NCBI RefSeq assembly: GCF_009914755.1
Contig: NC_060948.1
Direction: 5' to 3' (one strand)
DNA from: the human T2T-CHM13v2.0 reference genome, Homo sapiens
DNA length: 64,000 bases
A program made the translations under genes and the position numbers. Below the pieces are notes generated by a model. The model searched no databases and had not been told where the DNA came from. It saw nothing but the letters and a program-made list of their open reading frames with translations. Below are positions 16,794 to 36,143 of this stretch, piece by piece. Position 1 is the stretch's first letter; every line of letters starts with the position of its first letter.

Positions 16794-18919
16794 AGATCCA
16801 TATTTTTTAAATGAAAAAAAATTTCAAAGGTACTCTGCTTGGTACAATAATCAAATGTATAAACTGAGGAATAAAACATAACCATGAAACCTACTTATAA
16901 CTGCATATGGAAAATACAGAGGATAATTTTTTAAATAACATATTTTGAAAGCCTTAACTAGTAATTTGAAGAGTTGGCATTTGAAAGGCCAGTATGAATA
17001 TACCTTCAAAGCAGCAACACAGGTTCCCCATGAGAAACAGCAAACTCAGGGAAAATAAAACCACAAAGGTTCAATCTCTTCTGACCTTTGAAAGACACAG
17101 CACAGACAGTGGTCCTTAGGACGAAGAGCAGGAGACCCCTAATTCCGTCACCATGGCGATAGGGCATAAACATTGCTGGGTGAGGGCACAATCCACATTG
17201 TGAGGTCCAACTGCTGCCAGGAAGACAGGAGTGCTTTTACATGGACCGAAAGGTCATTGAAGGCTCAGAGTTTTGTTTCAAGAACTGAATCCCAAGCCCA
17301 CACGTTATTAGGCTGCGCTTCTTAAAACAAGTTATGAGATGGGAAAAAGGGCACCCACAAACATACGTATACATTATGTATATAATAATATACAGTATCA
17401 TATATATAATATATATAACCTATGTATAATATTGTTTTACATCCTGCATCTTATATTATATATATTGTCTAAAATATAATAATTGATAATATATGTTTTA
17501 TATTTATACAATATGACATATAGTATATATTATAATTTATGACATATATAATATATGTTATATATCATATATAGAATATATTATACGGTTAATATACGTA
17601 TTAAATATAAATTATACATTATATATATTATATATAATATATCTGTTATATATAATACCCATTATGCATAATATGTATATTATGTCTATGTTATATATAG
17701 TATAAAACAACATATAATAATATATAATTGTATATATAAAATGCGACATATAATATATATTATATTTTATGACATATGTAATATATATTATATATTATAT
17801 ATAATACGTTGTACGTATAATACCTATATTAAATATATATTATATGACTATGTTATTAATTACATGTCACATGTGTTATATATTATATATTTTACATAGA
17901 ATATACCGGTTACATACAATATAAACTATGTTACCTATAATGTATAATTGATTACATGTAAAATAAAGAATGCAATATATTATGTATAATTTATAATATA
18001 CAATATGTGGAATGTGATATATATAACATATAATATATGATATATGATATACAGTATATGATATATAACATACAATATATGATACCTAGTATATATGGTA
18101 TACAATATATATTTTATGATATGTATTCTATATGTTTTATATTCTGTTATATATAACTATTTGAAATTATATATAACTGTATAATATTTTATGTAAATAT
18201 GTAATATAATATATATAACTATATAATATATTATATATAACTATATATTATGTTATATATACTTTTATATCATAATTTACATAAAATGTCATAATATAAT
18301 ATATATTATATTATTTCACATTACATAATATATATTACATATCACCCAATATAAGTAACATACATAATATTATAATATAGATTATATTATGTTATATTAA
18401 ATATCATATATATCATGTATCATATATTCTATAATATATATTACACATTATATAATATGTATGTTGTCTATTTTGTGATATATAAAACTATATATATAAT
18501 TATATTATTATACATATAACTAGATAAGCATGTAATTATACATATTTTCATTTGTAATATATAGAATTATATAATCATATATAATTATTTATATTCTATA
18601 AAAAATTATATCATTATATAAATTATAATATAAAAAAATTATAATATGTACTACAAATATATATATTATATATCATATATGATATAGTACCTTTGTTATA
18701 TATCATAATACATATAAATGTGTATTATGTTATCTATAATTATATAATTTCATATATAAGATGTATAATATGTATTATATATTGTCTATGTTATGTAATA
18801 TATATAGTATATGTAAGCTGACACAGGATAAATATTATATACTATGACATATAAAATATATGAGGTTATATGTTACATATAAGGCATAGCACATAACATG
18901 TAATATATATCATATATAA

Positions 18920-19211
<292 letters not shown>

Positions 19212-21315
19212 AGATCCATATTTTTTAAATGAAAAAAAATTTCAAAGGTACTCTGCTTGGTACAATAATCAAATGTATAAACTGAGGAATAAAACATAAC
19301 CATGAAACCTACTTATAACTGCATATGGAAAATACAGAGGATAATTTCTTAAATAACATATTTTGAAAGCCTTAACTAGTAATTTGAAGAGTTGGCATTT
19401 GAAAGGCCAGTATGAATATACCTTCAAAGCAGCAACACAGGTTCCCCATGAGAAAAAGCAAACTCAGGGAAAATAAAACCACAAAGGTTCAATCTCTTCT
19501 GACCTTTGAAAGACACAGCACAGACAGTGGTCCTTAGGACGAAGAGCAGGAGACCCCTAATTCCGTCACCATGGCGATAGGGCATAAACATTGCTGGGTG
19601 AGGGCACAATCCACATTGAGAGGTCCAACTGCTGCCAGGAAGACAGGAGTGCTTTTATATAGACCGAAAGGTCATTGAAGGCTCAGAGTTTTGTTTCAAG
19701 AACTGAATCCCAAGCCCACACGTTATTAGGCTGCGCTTCTTAAAACAAGTTATGAGATGGGAAAAAGGGCACCCACAAACATACGTATACATTATGTATA
19801 TAATAATATACAGTATCATATATATAATATATATAACCTATGTATAATATTGTTTTACATCCTGCATCTTATATTATATATATTGTATAAAATATAAAAT
19901 TCATAATACATAACGTTTATATTTATACAATATGACATATAGTATATATTATAATTTATGTCATATATAATATATGTTATATATCATATATAGAATATAT
20001 TATACGGTTAATATACGTATTAAATATAAATTATACATTATATATATTATATAAAATATATCTGTTATATATAATACCCTTTATGCATAATATATATATT
20101 ATGTCTATGTTATATATAGTATAAAACAACATATAATAATATATAATTGTATATATAAAATGCGACATATAATATATATTATATTTTATGACATATGTAA
20201 TATATATTATATATTATATATAATACGTTGTATGTATAATACCTATATTAAATATATATTATATGACTATGTTATTAATTACACGTCACATATGTTATAT
20301 ATTATATATTTTACATAGAATATACCGGTTAAATACAATATATACTATGTTACCTATAATGTATAATTGATTACATGTAAAATAAAGAATGCAATATATT
20401 ATGTATAATTTATAATATACAATATGTGGAATGTGATATATATAACATATAATATATGATATATGATATACAGTATATGATATATAACACACAATATATG
20501 ATACCTAATATATATGGTATACAATATATATTTTATGATATGTATTCTATATGTTTTATATTCTGTTATATATAACTATTTGAAATTATATATAACTGTA
20601 TAATATTTTATGTAAATATGTAATATAATATATATAACTATATAATATATTATATATAACTATATATTATGTTATATATACTTTTATAACATAATTTACA
20701 TTAAATATCATAATATAATATATATTATATTATTTCACATTACATAATATATATTACATATCACCCAATATAAGTAACATACATAATATTATAATATAGA
20801 TTATATTATGTTATATTAAATATCATATATATCATGTATCATATATTCTATAATATATATTACACATTATATAATATGTATGTTGTCTATTATGTGATAT
20901 ATATAACTATATATATAATTATATTATTATACATATAACTAGATAAACATGAAATTCTACATATTTTCATTTATAATATATAGAATTATATAATCATATA
21001 TAATTATTTATATTCTATAAAAAATTATATCATTATATAAATTATAATATATAAAAATTATAATATGTACTACAAATATATATATTATATATCATATATG
21101 ATATAGTACCTTTGTTATATATCATAATACATATAAGTGTGTATTATGTTATCTACAATTATATAATTTCATATATAAGATATATAATATGTATTATATA
21201 TTGTATATGTTATGTAATATATATAGTATATATAAGCTGACACAGGATAAATATTATATACTATGACATATAAAATATATGAGGTTATATGTTACATATA
21301 AGGCATAGCACATAA

Positions 21316-21630
<315 letters not shown>

Positions 21631-23757
21631 AGATCCATATTTTGTAAATGAAAAACAATTTCAAAGGTACTCTGCTTGGTACAATAATCAAATGTATAAA
21701 CTGAGGAATGAAACATAACCATGAAACCTACTTATAACTGCATATGGAAAATACAGAGGATAATTTTTTAAATAACATATTTTGAAAGCCTTAACTAGTA
21801 ATTTGAAGAGTTGGCATTTGAAAGGCCAGTATGAATATACCTTCAAAGCAGCAACACAGGTTCCCCATGAGAAAAAGCAAACTCAGGGAAAATAAAAACA
21901 CAAAGGTTCAATCTCTTCTGACCTTTGAAAGACACAGCACAGACAGTGGTCCTTAGGACGAAGAGCAGGAGACCCCTAATTCCGTCACCATGGCGATAGG
22001 GCATAAACATTGCTGGGTGAGGGCACAATCCACATTGTGAGGTCCAACTGCTGCCAGGAAGACAGGAGTGCTTTTACATAGACCGAAAGGTCATTGAAGG
22101 CTCAGAGTTTTGTTTCAAGAACTGAATCCCAAGCCCACACGTTATTAGGCTGCGCTTCTTAAAACAAGTTATGAGATGGGAAAAAGGGCACCCACAAACA
22201 AAAGTATACATTATGTATATAATAATATACAGTATCATATATATAATATATATAACCTATGTATAATATTGTTTTACATCCTGCATCTTATGTTATATAT
22301 ATTGTATAAAATATAATAATTGATAATATATAAGTTTTATATTTATACAATATGACATATAGTATATATTATAATTTATGACATATATGATATATGTTAT
22401 ATATCATATATAGAATATATTATACGGTTAATATACGTATTAAATATAAATTCTACATTATATATATTATATATAATATATCTGTTATATATAATACCCA
22501 TTATGCATAATAAATATATTATGTCTAGGTTATATATAGTATAAAACAACATATAATAATATATAATTGTATATATAAAATGTAACATATAATATATATT
22601 ATATTTTATAACATATGTAATGTATATTATATATTATATATAATACGTTGTATGCATAATACCTATATTAAATATATATTATATGACTATGTTATTAATT
22701 ACATGTCACGTGTGTTATATATTATATATTTTACATAGAATATACCGGTTACATTCAATATATACTATGTTACCTATAATGTATAATTTATTACATGTAA
22801 AATAAAGAATGCAATATATTATGTATAATTTATAATATACAATATGTGGAATGTGATATATATAACATATAATATATGATATATGATATACAGTATATGA
22901 TATATAACATACAATATATGATTCCTAATATATATGGTATACAATATATATTTTATGATATGTATTCTATATGTTTTATATTCTGTTATATATAACTATT
23001 TGAAATTATATATAACTGTATACTATTTTATGTAAATATGTAATATAATATATATAACTATATAATATATTATATATAACTATATATTATGTTATATATA
23101 CTTTTATAACATAATTTACAAAAATATCATAACATAATATATATTATATTATTTCATATTACATAATATATATTACATATCACCCAATATAACTAACATA
23201 CATAATATTATAATATAGATTATATTATGTTATATTAAATATCATATATATCATGTATCATATATTCTATAATATATATTACACATTATATAATATGTAT
23301 GTTGTCTATTATGTGACATATATAAATCTATATATAATTTTATTTTTATACATATAACTAGATAAACATGTAATTCTACATATTTTCATTTATAATATGT
23401 AGAATTATATAATCATATATAATTATTTATATTCTATAAAAAATTTTATCATTATATAAATTATAATATATAAAAATTATAATATGTACTACAAATATAT
23501 ATATTATATATCATATATGATATAGTACCTTTGTTATATATCATAATACATATAAATGTGTATTATGTTATCTATAATTATATAATTTCATATATAAGAT
23601 GTATAATATGTATCATATATTATATATGTTATGTAATATACATAGTATATATAAGATGACACAGGATAAATATTATATACTATGACATATAAAATATATC
23701 AGGTTATATGTTACATATAAGGCATAGCACATAACATGTAATATATATCATATATAA

Positions 23758-24049
<292 letters not shown>

Positions 24050-26178
24050 AGATCCATATTTTTTAAATGAAAAAAAATTTCAAAGGTACTCTGCTTGGTA
24101 CAATAATCAAATGTATAAACTGAGGAATAAAACATAACCATGAAACCTACTTATAACTGCATATGGAAAATACAGAGGATAATTTTTTAAATAACATATT
24201 TTGAAAGCCTTAACTAGTAATTTGAAGAGCTGGCATTTGAAAGGCCAGTATGAATATACCTTCAAAGCAGCAACACAGGTTTCCCCAAGAGAAAAAGCAA
24301 ACACAGGGAAAATAAAAACAGAAAGGTTCAATCTCTTCTGACCTTTGAAAGACACAGCACAGACAGTGGTCCTTAGGACGAAGAGCAGGAGACCCCTAAT
24401 TCCGTCACCATGGCGATAGGGCATAAACATTGCTGGGTGAGGGCACAATCCACATTGTGAGGTCCAACTGCTGCCAGGAAGACAGGAGTGCTTTTACATA
24501 GACCGAAAGGTCATTGAAGGCTCAGAGTTTTGTTTCAAGAACTGAATCCCAAGCCCACACGTTATTAGGCTGCGCTTCTTAAAACAAGTTATGAGATGGG
24601 AAAAAGGGCACCCACAAACATACGTATACATTATGTATATAATAATATACAGTATCATATATATAATATATATAACCTATGTATAATATTGTTTTACATC
24701 CTGCATCTTATGTTATATATATTGTATAAAATATAATAATTGATAATATATAAGTTTTATATTTATACAATATGACATATAGTATATATTATAATTTATG
24801 ACATATATAATATATGTTATATATCATATATAGAATATATTATACGGTTAATATACGTATTAAATATAAATTATACATTATATATATTATATATAATATA
24901 TCTGTTATATATAATACCCATTATGCATAATATATATATTATGTCTATGTTATATATAGTATAAAACAACATATAATAATATATAATTGTATATATAAAA
25001 TGCGACATATAATATATATTATATTTTATAACATATGTAATATATATTATATATTATATGTAATACGTTGTATGTATAATACCTATATTAAATATATATT
25101 ATATGACTATGTTATTAATTACATGTCACATGTGTTATATATTATTTATTTTACACAGAATATACCGGTTATATACAATATATACTATGTTACCTACAAT
25201 GTATAATTTATTACATGTAAAATAAAGAATGCAATATATTATGTATAATTTATAAAATACAATATGTGGAATGTGATATATATAACATATAATATATGAT
25301 ATAGGATATACGGTATATGATATATAACATACAATATATGATACCTAATATATATGGTATACAATATATATTTTATGACATGTATTCTCTATGTTTTATA
25401 TTCTGTTATATATAACTATTTGAAATTATATATAACTGTATAATATTTTATGTAAATATGTAATATAATATATATAAAAATATAATATATTATATATAAC
25501 TATATATTATGTTATATATAATTTTATAACATAATTTACATAAAATATCATAATATAATATATATTATATTATTTCATACTACATAATATATATTACATA
25601 TCTCCCAATATAAGTAACATATATAATATTATAATATAGATTATATTATGTTATATTAAATATCATATATATCATGTATCATATATTCTATAATATATAT
25701 TATACATTATATAATATGTGTGTTGTCTATTATGTGATATATATAATTATATATATAATTATATTATTATACATATAACTAGATAAACATGTAATTCTAC
25801 ATATTTTCATTTATAATATATAGAATTATATAATCATATATAATTATATATATTCTATAAAAAATTATATCATCATATAAATTATAATATATAAAAATTA
25901 TAATATGTACTACAAATATATATATTATATATCATATATGATATAGTACCTTTGTTATATATCATAATACATATAAATGTGTATTATGTTACCTATAATT
26001 ATATAATTTCATATATAAGATGTATAATATGTATTATATATTATATATGTTATGAAATATATATAGTATATATAAGATGACACAGGATAAATATTATATA
26101 CTATGACATATAAAATATATGAGGTTATATGTTACATATAAGGCATAGCACATAACATGTAATATATATCATCTATAA

Positions 26179-26470
<292 letters not shown>

Positions 26471-28573
26471 AGATCCATATTTTTTAAATGAAAAAAAATT
26501 TCAAAGGTACTCTGCTTGGTACAATAATCAAATGTATAAACTGAGGAATAAAACATAACCATGAAACCTACTTATAACTGCATATGGAAAATACAGAGGA
26601 TAATTTTTTAAATAACATATTTTGAAAGCCTTAACTAGTAATTTGAAGAGTTGGCATTTGAAAGGCCAGTATGAATATACCTTCAAAGCAGCAACACAGG
26701 TTCCCCATGAGAAAAAGCAAACTCAGGGAAAATAAAACCACAAAGGTTCAATCTCTTCTGACCTTTGAAAGACACAGCACAGACAGTGGTCCTTAGGACG
26801 AAGAGCAGGAGACCCCTAATTCCGTCACCATGGCGATAGGGCATAAATATTGCTGGGTGAGGGCACAATCCACATTGTGAGGTCCAACTGCTGCCAGGAA
26901 GACAGGAGTGCTTTTACATAGACCGAAAGGTCATTGAAGGCTCAGAGTTTTGTTTCAAAAACTGAATCCCAAGCCCACACGTTATTAGGCTGCGCTTCTT
27001 AAAACAAGTTATGAGATGGGAAAAAGGGCACCTACAAACATACGTATACATTATGTATATAATAATATACAGTATCATATATATAATATATATAACCCAT
27101 GTATAATATTGTTTTACATCCTGCATCTTATATTATATATATTGTATAAAATATAATAATTGATAATATATAAATTTTATATTTATACAATATGACATAT
27201 AGTATATATTATAATTTATTACATATATAATATATGTTATATATCATATATAGAATATATTATACGGTTAATATACGTATTAAATATAAATTATACATTA
27301 TATATATTATATATAATATATCTGCTATATATAATACCCATTATGCATAATATATATATTATGTCTATGTTATATATAGTATAAAACAACATATAATAAT
27401 ATATAATTGTATATATAAAACGCGACATATAATATATATTATATTTTTTGACATATGTAATATATATTATATATTATATATAATACGTTGTATGTATAAT
27501 ACCTATATTAAATATAAATTATATGACTATGTTATTAATTACATGTCACATATGTTATATATTATATATTTTACATAGAATATACTGGTTACATACAATA
27601 TATACTATGTTACCTATAATGTATAATTTATTACATGTAAAATAAAGAATGCAATATATTATGTATAATTTATAATATACAATATGTGGAATGTGATATA
27701 TATAACATATAATATATGATATATGATATACAGTATATGATATATAACATACAATATATGATACCTAATATATATGGTATACAATATATATTTTATGATA
27801 TGTATTCTATATGTTTTATATTCTGTTATATATAACTATTTGAAATTATATATAACTGTATAATATTTTATGTAAATATGTAATATAATATATAACTATA
27901 TAATATGTTATATATAACTATATATTATGTTATATATACTTTTATAACATAATTTACTTAAAATATCATAATATAATATATATTATGTTATTTCATATTA
28001 CATAATACATATTACATATTACCCAATATAAGTAACATACATAATATTATAATATAGATTATATTATGTTATATTAAATATCATATATATCATGTATCAT
28101 ATATTCTATAATATATATTACACATTATATAATATGTATGTTGTCTATTATGTGATATATATAACTATATATATAATTATATTATTATACATATAACTAG
28201 ATAAACATGTAATTCTACACATTTTCATTTATAATATATAGAATTATATAATCATATATAATTATTTATATTCTATAAAAAATTATATCATTATATAAAT
28301 TATAATATATAAAAATTATAATATGTACTACAAATATATATATTATATATCATATATGATATAGTACCTTTGTTATATATCATAATACATATAAATGTGT
28401 ATTATATTATCTATAATTATATAATTTCATATATAAGTTGTATAATATGTATCATATATTATATATGTTATGTAATATATATAGTATATATAAGATGACA
28501 CAGGATAAATATTATATACTATGACATATAAAATATATGAGGTTATATGTTTCATATAAGGCATAGCACATAA

Positions 28574-28888
<315 letters not shown>

Positions 28889-30988
28889 AGATCCATATTT
28901 TTTAAATGAAAAAAAATTTCAAAGGTACTCTGCTTGGTACAATAATCAAATGTATAAACTGAGGAATAAAACATAACCATGAAACCTACTTATAACTGCA
29001 TATGGAAAATACAGAGGATAATTTTTTAAATAACATATTTTGAAAGCCTTAACTAGTAATTTGAAGAGTTGGCATTTGAAAGGCCAGTATGAATGTAACT
29101 TCAAAGCAGCAACACAGGTTCCCCATGAGAAAAAGCAAACACAGGGAAAATAAAAACACAAAGGTTCAATCTCTTCTGACCTTTGAAAGACACAGCACAG
29201 ACAGTGGTCCTTAGGACGAAGAGCAGGAGACCCCTAATTCCGTCACCATGGCGATAGGGCATAAACATTGCTGGGTGAGGGCACAATCCACATTGTGAGG
29301 TCCAACTGCTGCCAGGAAGACAGGAGTGCTTTTACATAGACCGAAAGGTCATTGAAGGCTCAGAGTTTTGTTTCAAGAACTGAATCCCAAGCCCACACGT
29401 TATTAGGCTGCGCTTCTTAAAACAAGTTATGAGATGGGAAAAAGGGCACCTACAAACATACGTATACATTATGTATATAATAATATACAGTATCATATAT
29501 ATAATATATATAACCTATGTATAATATTGTTTTACATCCTGTATCTTATGTTATATATATTGTATAAAATATAATTGATAGTATATATGTTTTATATTTA
29601 TACAATATGACATATAGTATATATTATAATTTATGACATATATAATATATGTTATATATCATATATAGAATATATTATACGGTTAATATATGTATTAAAT
29701 ATAAATTCTACATTATATATATTATATATAATATATCTGTTATATATAATACCCATTATGCATAATATATATATTATGTCTATGTTATATATAGTATAAA
29801 ACAACATATAATAATATATAATTGTATATATAAAATGCGACATATAATATATATTATATTTTATAACATATGTAATATATATTATATATTATATATAATA
29901 CGTTGTATGTATAATACCTATATTAAATATATATTATACGACTATGTTATTAATTACATGTCACATGTGTTATATATTATATATTTTACATAGAATATAC
30001 CGGTTACATACAGTATATACTATGTTACCTATAATGTATAATTTATTACATGTAAAATAAAGAATGCAGTATATTATGTATAATTTATAATATACCATAT
30101 GTGGAATGTGATATATATAACATATAATATATGATATATGATATACACTATATGATATATAACATACAATATATGATTCCTAATATATATGGTATACAAT
30201 ATATATTTTATGATACGTATTCTATATGTTTTATATTCTGTTATATATAACTATTTGAAATTATATATAACTGTATAATATTTTATGTAAATATGTAATA
30301 TAATATATATAACTATATAATATATTATATATAACTATATATTATGTTATATATACTTTTACAACATAATTTACATAAATTAGCATAATATAATATATAT
30401 TATATTATTTCATATTACATAATATATATTACATATCACCCAATATAACTAACATACATAATATTATAATATAGATTATATTGTGTTATATTAAATATCA
30501 TATATATCATGTATCATATATTCTATAATATATATTACACATTATATAAAATGTATGTTGTCTATTATGTGATATATATAACTATATATAATTATATTTT
30601 TATACATATAACTAGATAAACATGTAATTCTACATATTTTCATTTATAATATGTAGAATTATATAATCATATATAATTATTTATATTCTATAAAAAATTT
30701 TATCATTATATAAATTATAATAAATAAAAATTATAATATGTACTACAAATATATATATTATATATCATATATGCTATAGTACCTTTGTTATATATCATAA
30801 TACATATAAATGTGCATTATGTTATCTATAGTTATATAATTTCATATATAAGATGTATAATATGTATCATATATTCTATGTGTTATGTAATATATATAGT
30901 ATATATAAGATGACACAGGATAAATATTATATACTATGACATATAAAATATATCAGGTTATATGTTACATATAAGTCATAGCACATAA

Positions 30989-31303
<315 letters not shown>

Positions 31304-33408
31304 AGATCCATATTTTTTAAATGAAAAAAAATTTCAAAGGTACTCTGCTTGGTACAATAATCAAATGTATAAACTGAGGAATAAAACATAACCATGAAAC
31401 CTACTTATAACTGCATATGGAAAATACAGAGGATAATTTTTTAAATAACATATTTTGAAAGCCTTAACTAGTAATTTGAAGAGCTGGCATTTGAAAGGCC
31501 AGTATGAATATACCTTCAAAGCAGCAACACAGGTTCCCCATGAGAAAAAGCAAACACAGGGAAAATAAAAACACAAAGGTTCAATCTCTTCTGACCTTTG
31601 AAAGACACAGCACAGACAGTGGTCCTTAGGACGAAGAGCAGGAGACCCCTAATTCCGTCACCATGGCGATAGGGCATAAACATTGCTGGGTGAGGGCACA
31701 ATCCACATTGTGAGGTCCAACTGCTGCCAGGAAGACAGGAGTGCTTTTACATAGACCGAAAGGTCATTGAAGGCTCAGAGTTTTGTTTCAAGAACTGAAT
31801 CCCAAGCCCACACGTTATTAGGCTGCGCTTCTTAAAACAAGTTATGAGATGGGAAAAAGGGCACCCACAAACATACGTATACATTATGTATATAATAATA
31901 TACAGTGTCATATATATAATATATATAACCTATGTATAATATTGTTTTACATCCTGCATCTTATGTTATATATATTGTATAAAATATAATAATTGATAAT
32001 ATATAAGTTTTATATTTATACAATATGACATATAGTATATATTATAATTTATGACATATATAATATATGTTATATATCATATATAGAATATATTATACGG
32101 TTAAAATACGTATTAAATGTAAATTATACATTATATATATTATATATAATATATCTGTTATATATAATACCCGTTATGCATAATATATATATTATGTCTA
32201 TGTTATATATAGTATAAAACAACATATAATAATATATAATTGTATATATAAAATGCGACATATAATATATATTATATTTTATAACCTATATAATATATAT
32301 TATATATTATATATAATACGTTGTATGTATAATACCTATATTAAATATATATTATATGACTATGTTATTAATTACATGTCACATGTGTTATATATTATAT
32401 ATTTTACATACAATATACCGGTTACATACAATATATACTATGTTACCTATAATGTATAATTTATTACATGTAAAATAAAGAATGCAATATATTATGTATA
32501 ATTTATAATATACCATATGTGGAATGTGATATATATAACATATAATATATGATATATGATATACAGTATATGATATATAACATACAATATATGATTCCTA
32601 ATATATATGGTATACAATATATATTTTATGATATGTATTCTATATGTTTTATATTCTGTTATATATAACTATTTGAAATTATATATAACTGTATAATATT
32701 TTATGTAAATATGTAATATAATATATATAACTATATAATATATTATATATAACTATATATTATGTTATATATACTTTTATAACATAATTTACATAAAATA
32801 TCATAATATAATATATATTATATTATTTCATATTACATAATATATATTACATATCACCCAATATAACTAACATACATAATATTATAATATAGATTATATT
32901 GTGTTATATTAAATATCATATATATCATGTATCATATATTCTATAATATATATTACACATTATATAATATGTATGTTGTCTATTATGTGATATATATAAC
33001 TCTATATATAATTATATTTTTATACATATAACTAGATAAACATGTAATTCTACATATTTTCATTTATAATATGTAGAATTATATAATCATATATAATTAT
33101 TTATATTCTATAAAAAATTTTATCATTATATAAATTATAATATATAAAAATTATAATATGTACTACAAATATATATATTATATATCATATATCATATAGT
33201 ACCTTTGTTATATATCATAATACATATAAATGTGTATTATGTTATCTATAATTATATAATTTCATATATAAGATGTATAATATGTATCATATATTATATA
33301 TGTTATGTAATATATATAGTATATATAAGATGACACAGGATAAATATTATATACTATGACATATAAAATATATGAGGTTATATGTTACATATAAGGCATA
33401 GCACATAA

Positions 33409-33723
<315 letters not shown>

Positions 33724-35851
33724 AGATCCATATTTTTTAAATGAAAAAAAATTTCAAAGGTACTCTGCTTGGTACAATAATCAAATGTATAAACTGAGGA
33801 ATAAAACATAACCATGAAACCTACTTATAACTGCATATGGAAAATACAGAGGATAATTTTTTAAATAACATATTTTGAAAGCCTTAACTAGTAATTTGAA
33901 GAGTTGGCATTTGAAAGGCCAGTATGAATATACCTTCAAAGCAGCAACACAGGTTCCCCATGAGAAAAAGCAAACACAGGGAAAATAAAAACACAAAGGT
34001 TCAATCTCTTCTGACCTTTGAAAGACACAGCACAGACAGTGGTCCTTAGGACGAAGAGCAGGAGACCCCTAATTCCGTCACCATGGCGATAGGGCATAAA
34101 CATTGCTGGGTGAGGGCACAATCCACATTGTGAGGTCCAACTGCTGCCAGGAAGACAGGAGTGCTTTTACATAGACCGAAAGGTCATTGAAGGCTCAGAG
34201 TTTTGTTTCAAGAACTGAATCCCAAGCCCACACGTTATTAGGCTGCGCTTCTTAAAACAAGTTATGAGATGGGAAAAAGGGCACCCACAAACATACGTAT
34301 ACATTATGTATATAATAATATACAGTGTCATATATATAATGTATATAACCTATGTATAATATTGTTTTACATCCTGCATCTTATGTCATATATATTGTAT
34401 AAAATATAATAATTGATAATATATAAGTTTTATATTTATACAATATGACATATAGTATATATTATAATTTATGACATATATAATATATGTTATATGTCAT
34501 ATATAGAATATATTATACGGTTAATATACGTATTAAATATAAATTATACATTATATATATTATATATAATATATCTGTTATATATAATACCCGTTATGCA
34601 TAATATATATATTATGTCTATGTTATATATAGTATAAAACAACATATAATAATATATAATTGTATATATAAAATGCGACATATAATATATATTATATTTT
34701 ATAACATATGTAATATATATTATATATTATATATAATACGTTGTATGTATAATACCTATATTAAATATATATTATATGACTATGTTATTAATTACATGTC
34801 ACATGTGTTATATATTATATATTTTACATAGAATATACCGGTTACATACAATATATACTATGTTACCTATAATGTATAATTTATTACATGTAAAATAAAG
34901 AATGCAATATATTATGTATAATTTATAATATACCATATGTGGAATGTGATATATATAACATATAATATATGATATATGATATACAGTATATGATATATAA
35001 CATACAATATATGATTCCTAATATATATGGTATACAATATATATTTTATGATATGTATTCTATATGTTTTATATTCTGTTATATATAACTATTTGAAATT
35101 ATATATAACTGTATAATGTTTTATGTAAATATGTAATATAATATATATAACTATATAATATATTATATATAACTATATATTATGTTATATATACTTTTAT
35201 AACATAATTTACATAAAATATCATAATATAATATATATTATATTATTTCATATTACATAATATATATTACATATCACCCAATATAACTAACATACATAAT
35301 ATTATAATATAGATTATATTGTGTTATATTAAATATCATATATATCATGTATCATATATTCTATAATATATATTACACATTATATAATATGTATGTTGTC
35401 TATTATGTGATATATATAACTCTATATATAATTATATTTTTATACATATAACTAGATAAACATGTAATTCTACATATTTTCATTTATAATATGTAGAATT
35501 ATATAATCATATATAATTATTTATATTCTATAAAAAATTTTATCATTATATAAATTATAATATATAAAAATTATAATATGTACTACAAATATATATATTA
35601 TATATCATATATGATATAGTACCTTTGTTATATATCATAATACATATAAATGTGTATTATGTTATCTATAATTATATAATTTCATATATAAGATGTATAA
35701 TATGTATCATATATTATATATGTTATGTAATATATATAGTATATATAAGATGACACAGGATAAATATTATATACTATGACATATAAAATATATGAGGTTA
35801 TATGTTACATATAAGGCATAGCACATAACATGTAATATATATCATATATAA

Positions 35852-36143
35852 TTTTTTTTTAGACAGAATCTTGTCCTGTTGCACAGGGCGGGGTACAATG
35901 GCGCCATCTTTGCTCACTGCAACTTCTGCCTCACGGGTCCAAGCGATTGTCCTCCCTCAGCCTCCCAGGTAGCTGGGACTACACCACACTGGGACTACAC
36001 CAGCTGCCACCATGCCTAGCTAATTTTTTGGATTTTTAGTAGTGACAGCGTTTCACTGTATTGGCCAGGATGGTCTTGATCTCTTCACCTTGTGATCCCC
36101 TTGCCTTGGCCTCCAAATTTGCTGGGATTACAGGCCTGAGCCA
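35852..36143 (-). mobile_element. DYZ2 Alu copy 15
   Basis: Same antisense Alu. Confidence 0.9.

Noticed and set aside
24107-24448. 113-aa ORF
   Set aside because: A private 1-bp insertion (caggtttcccc, ~24280) fuses two spurious frames.
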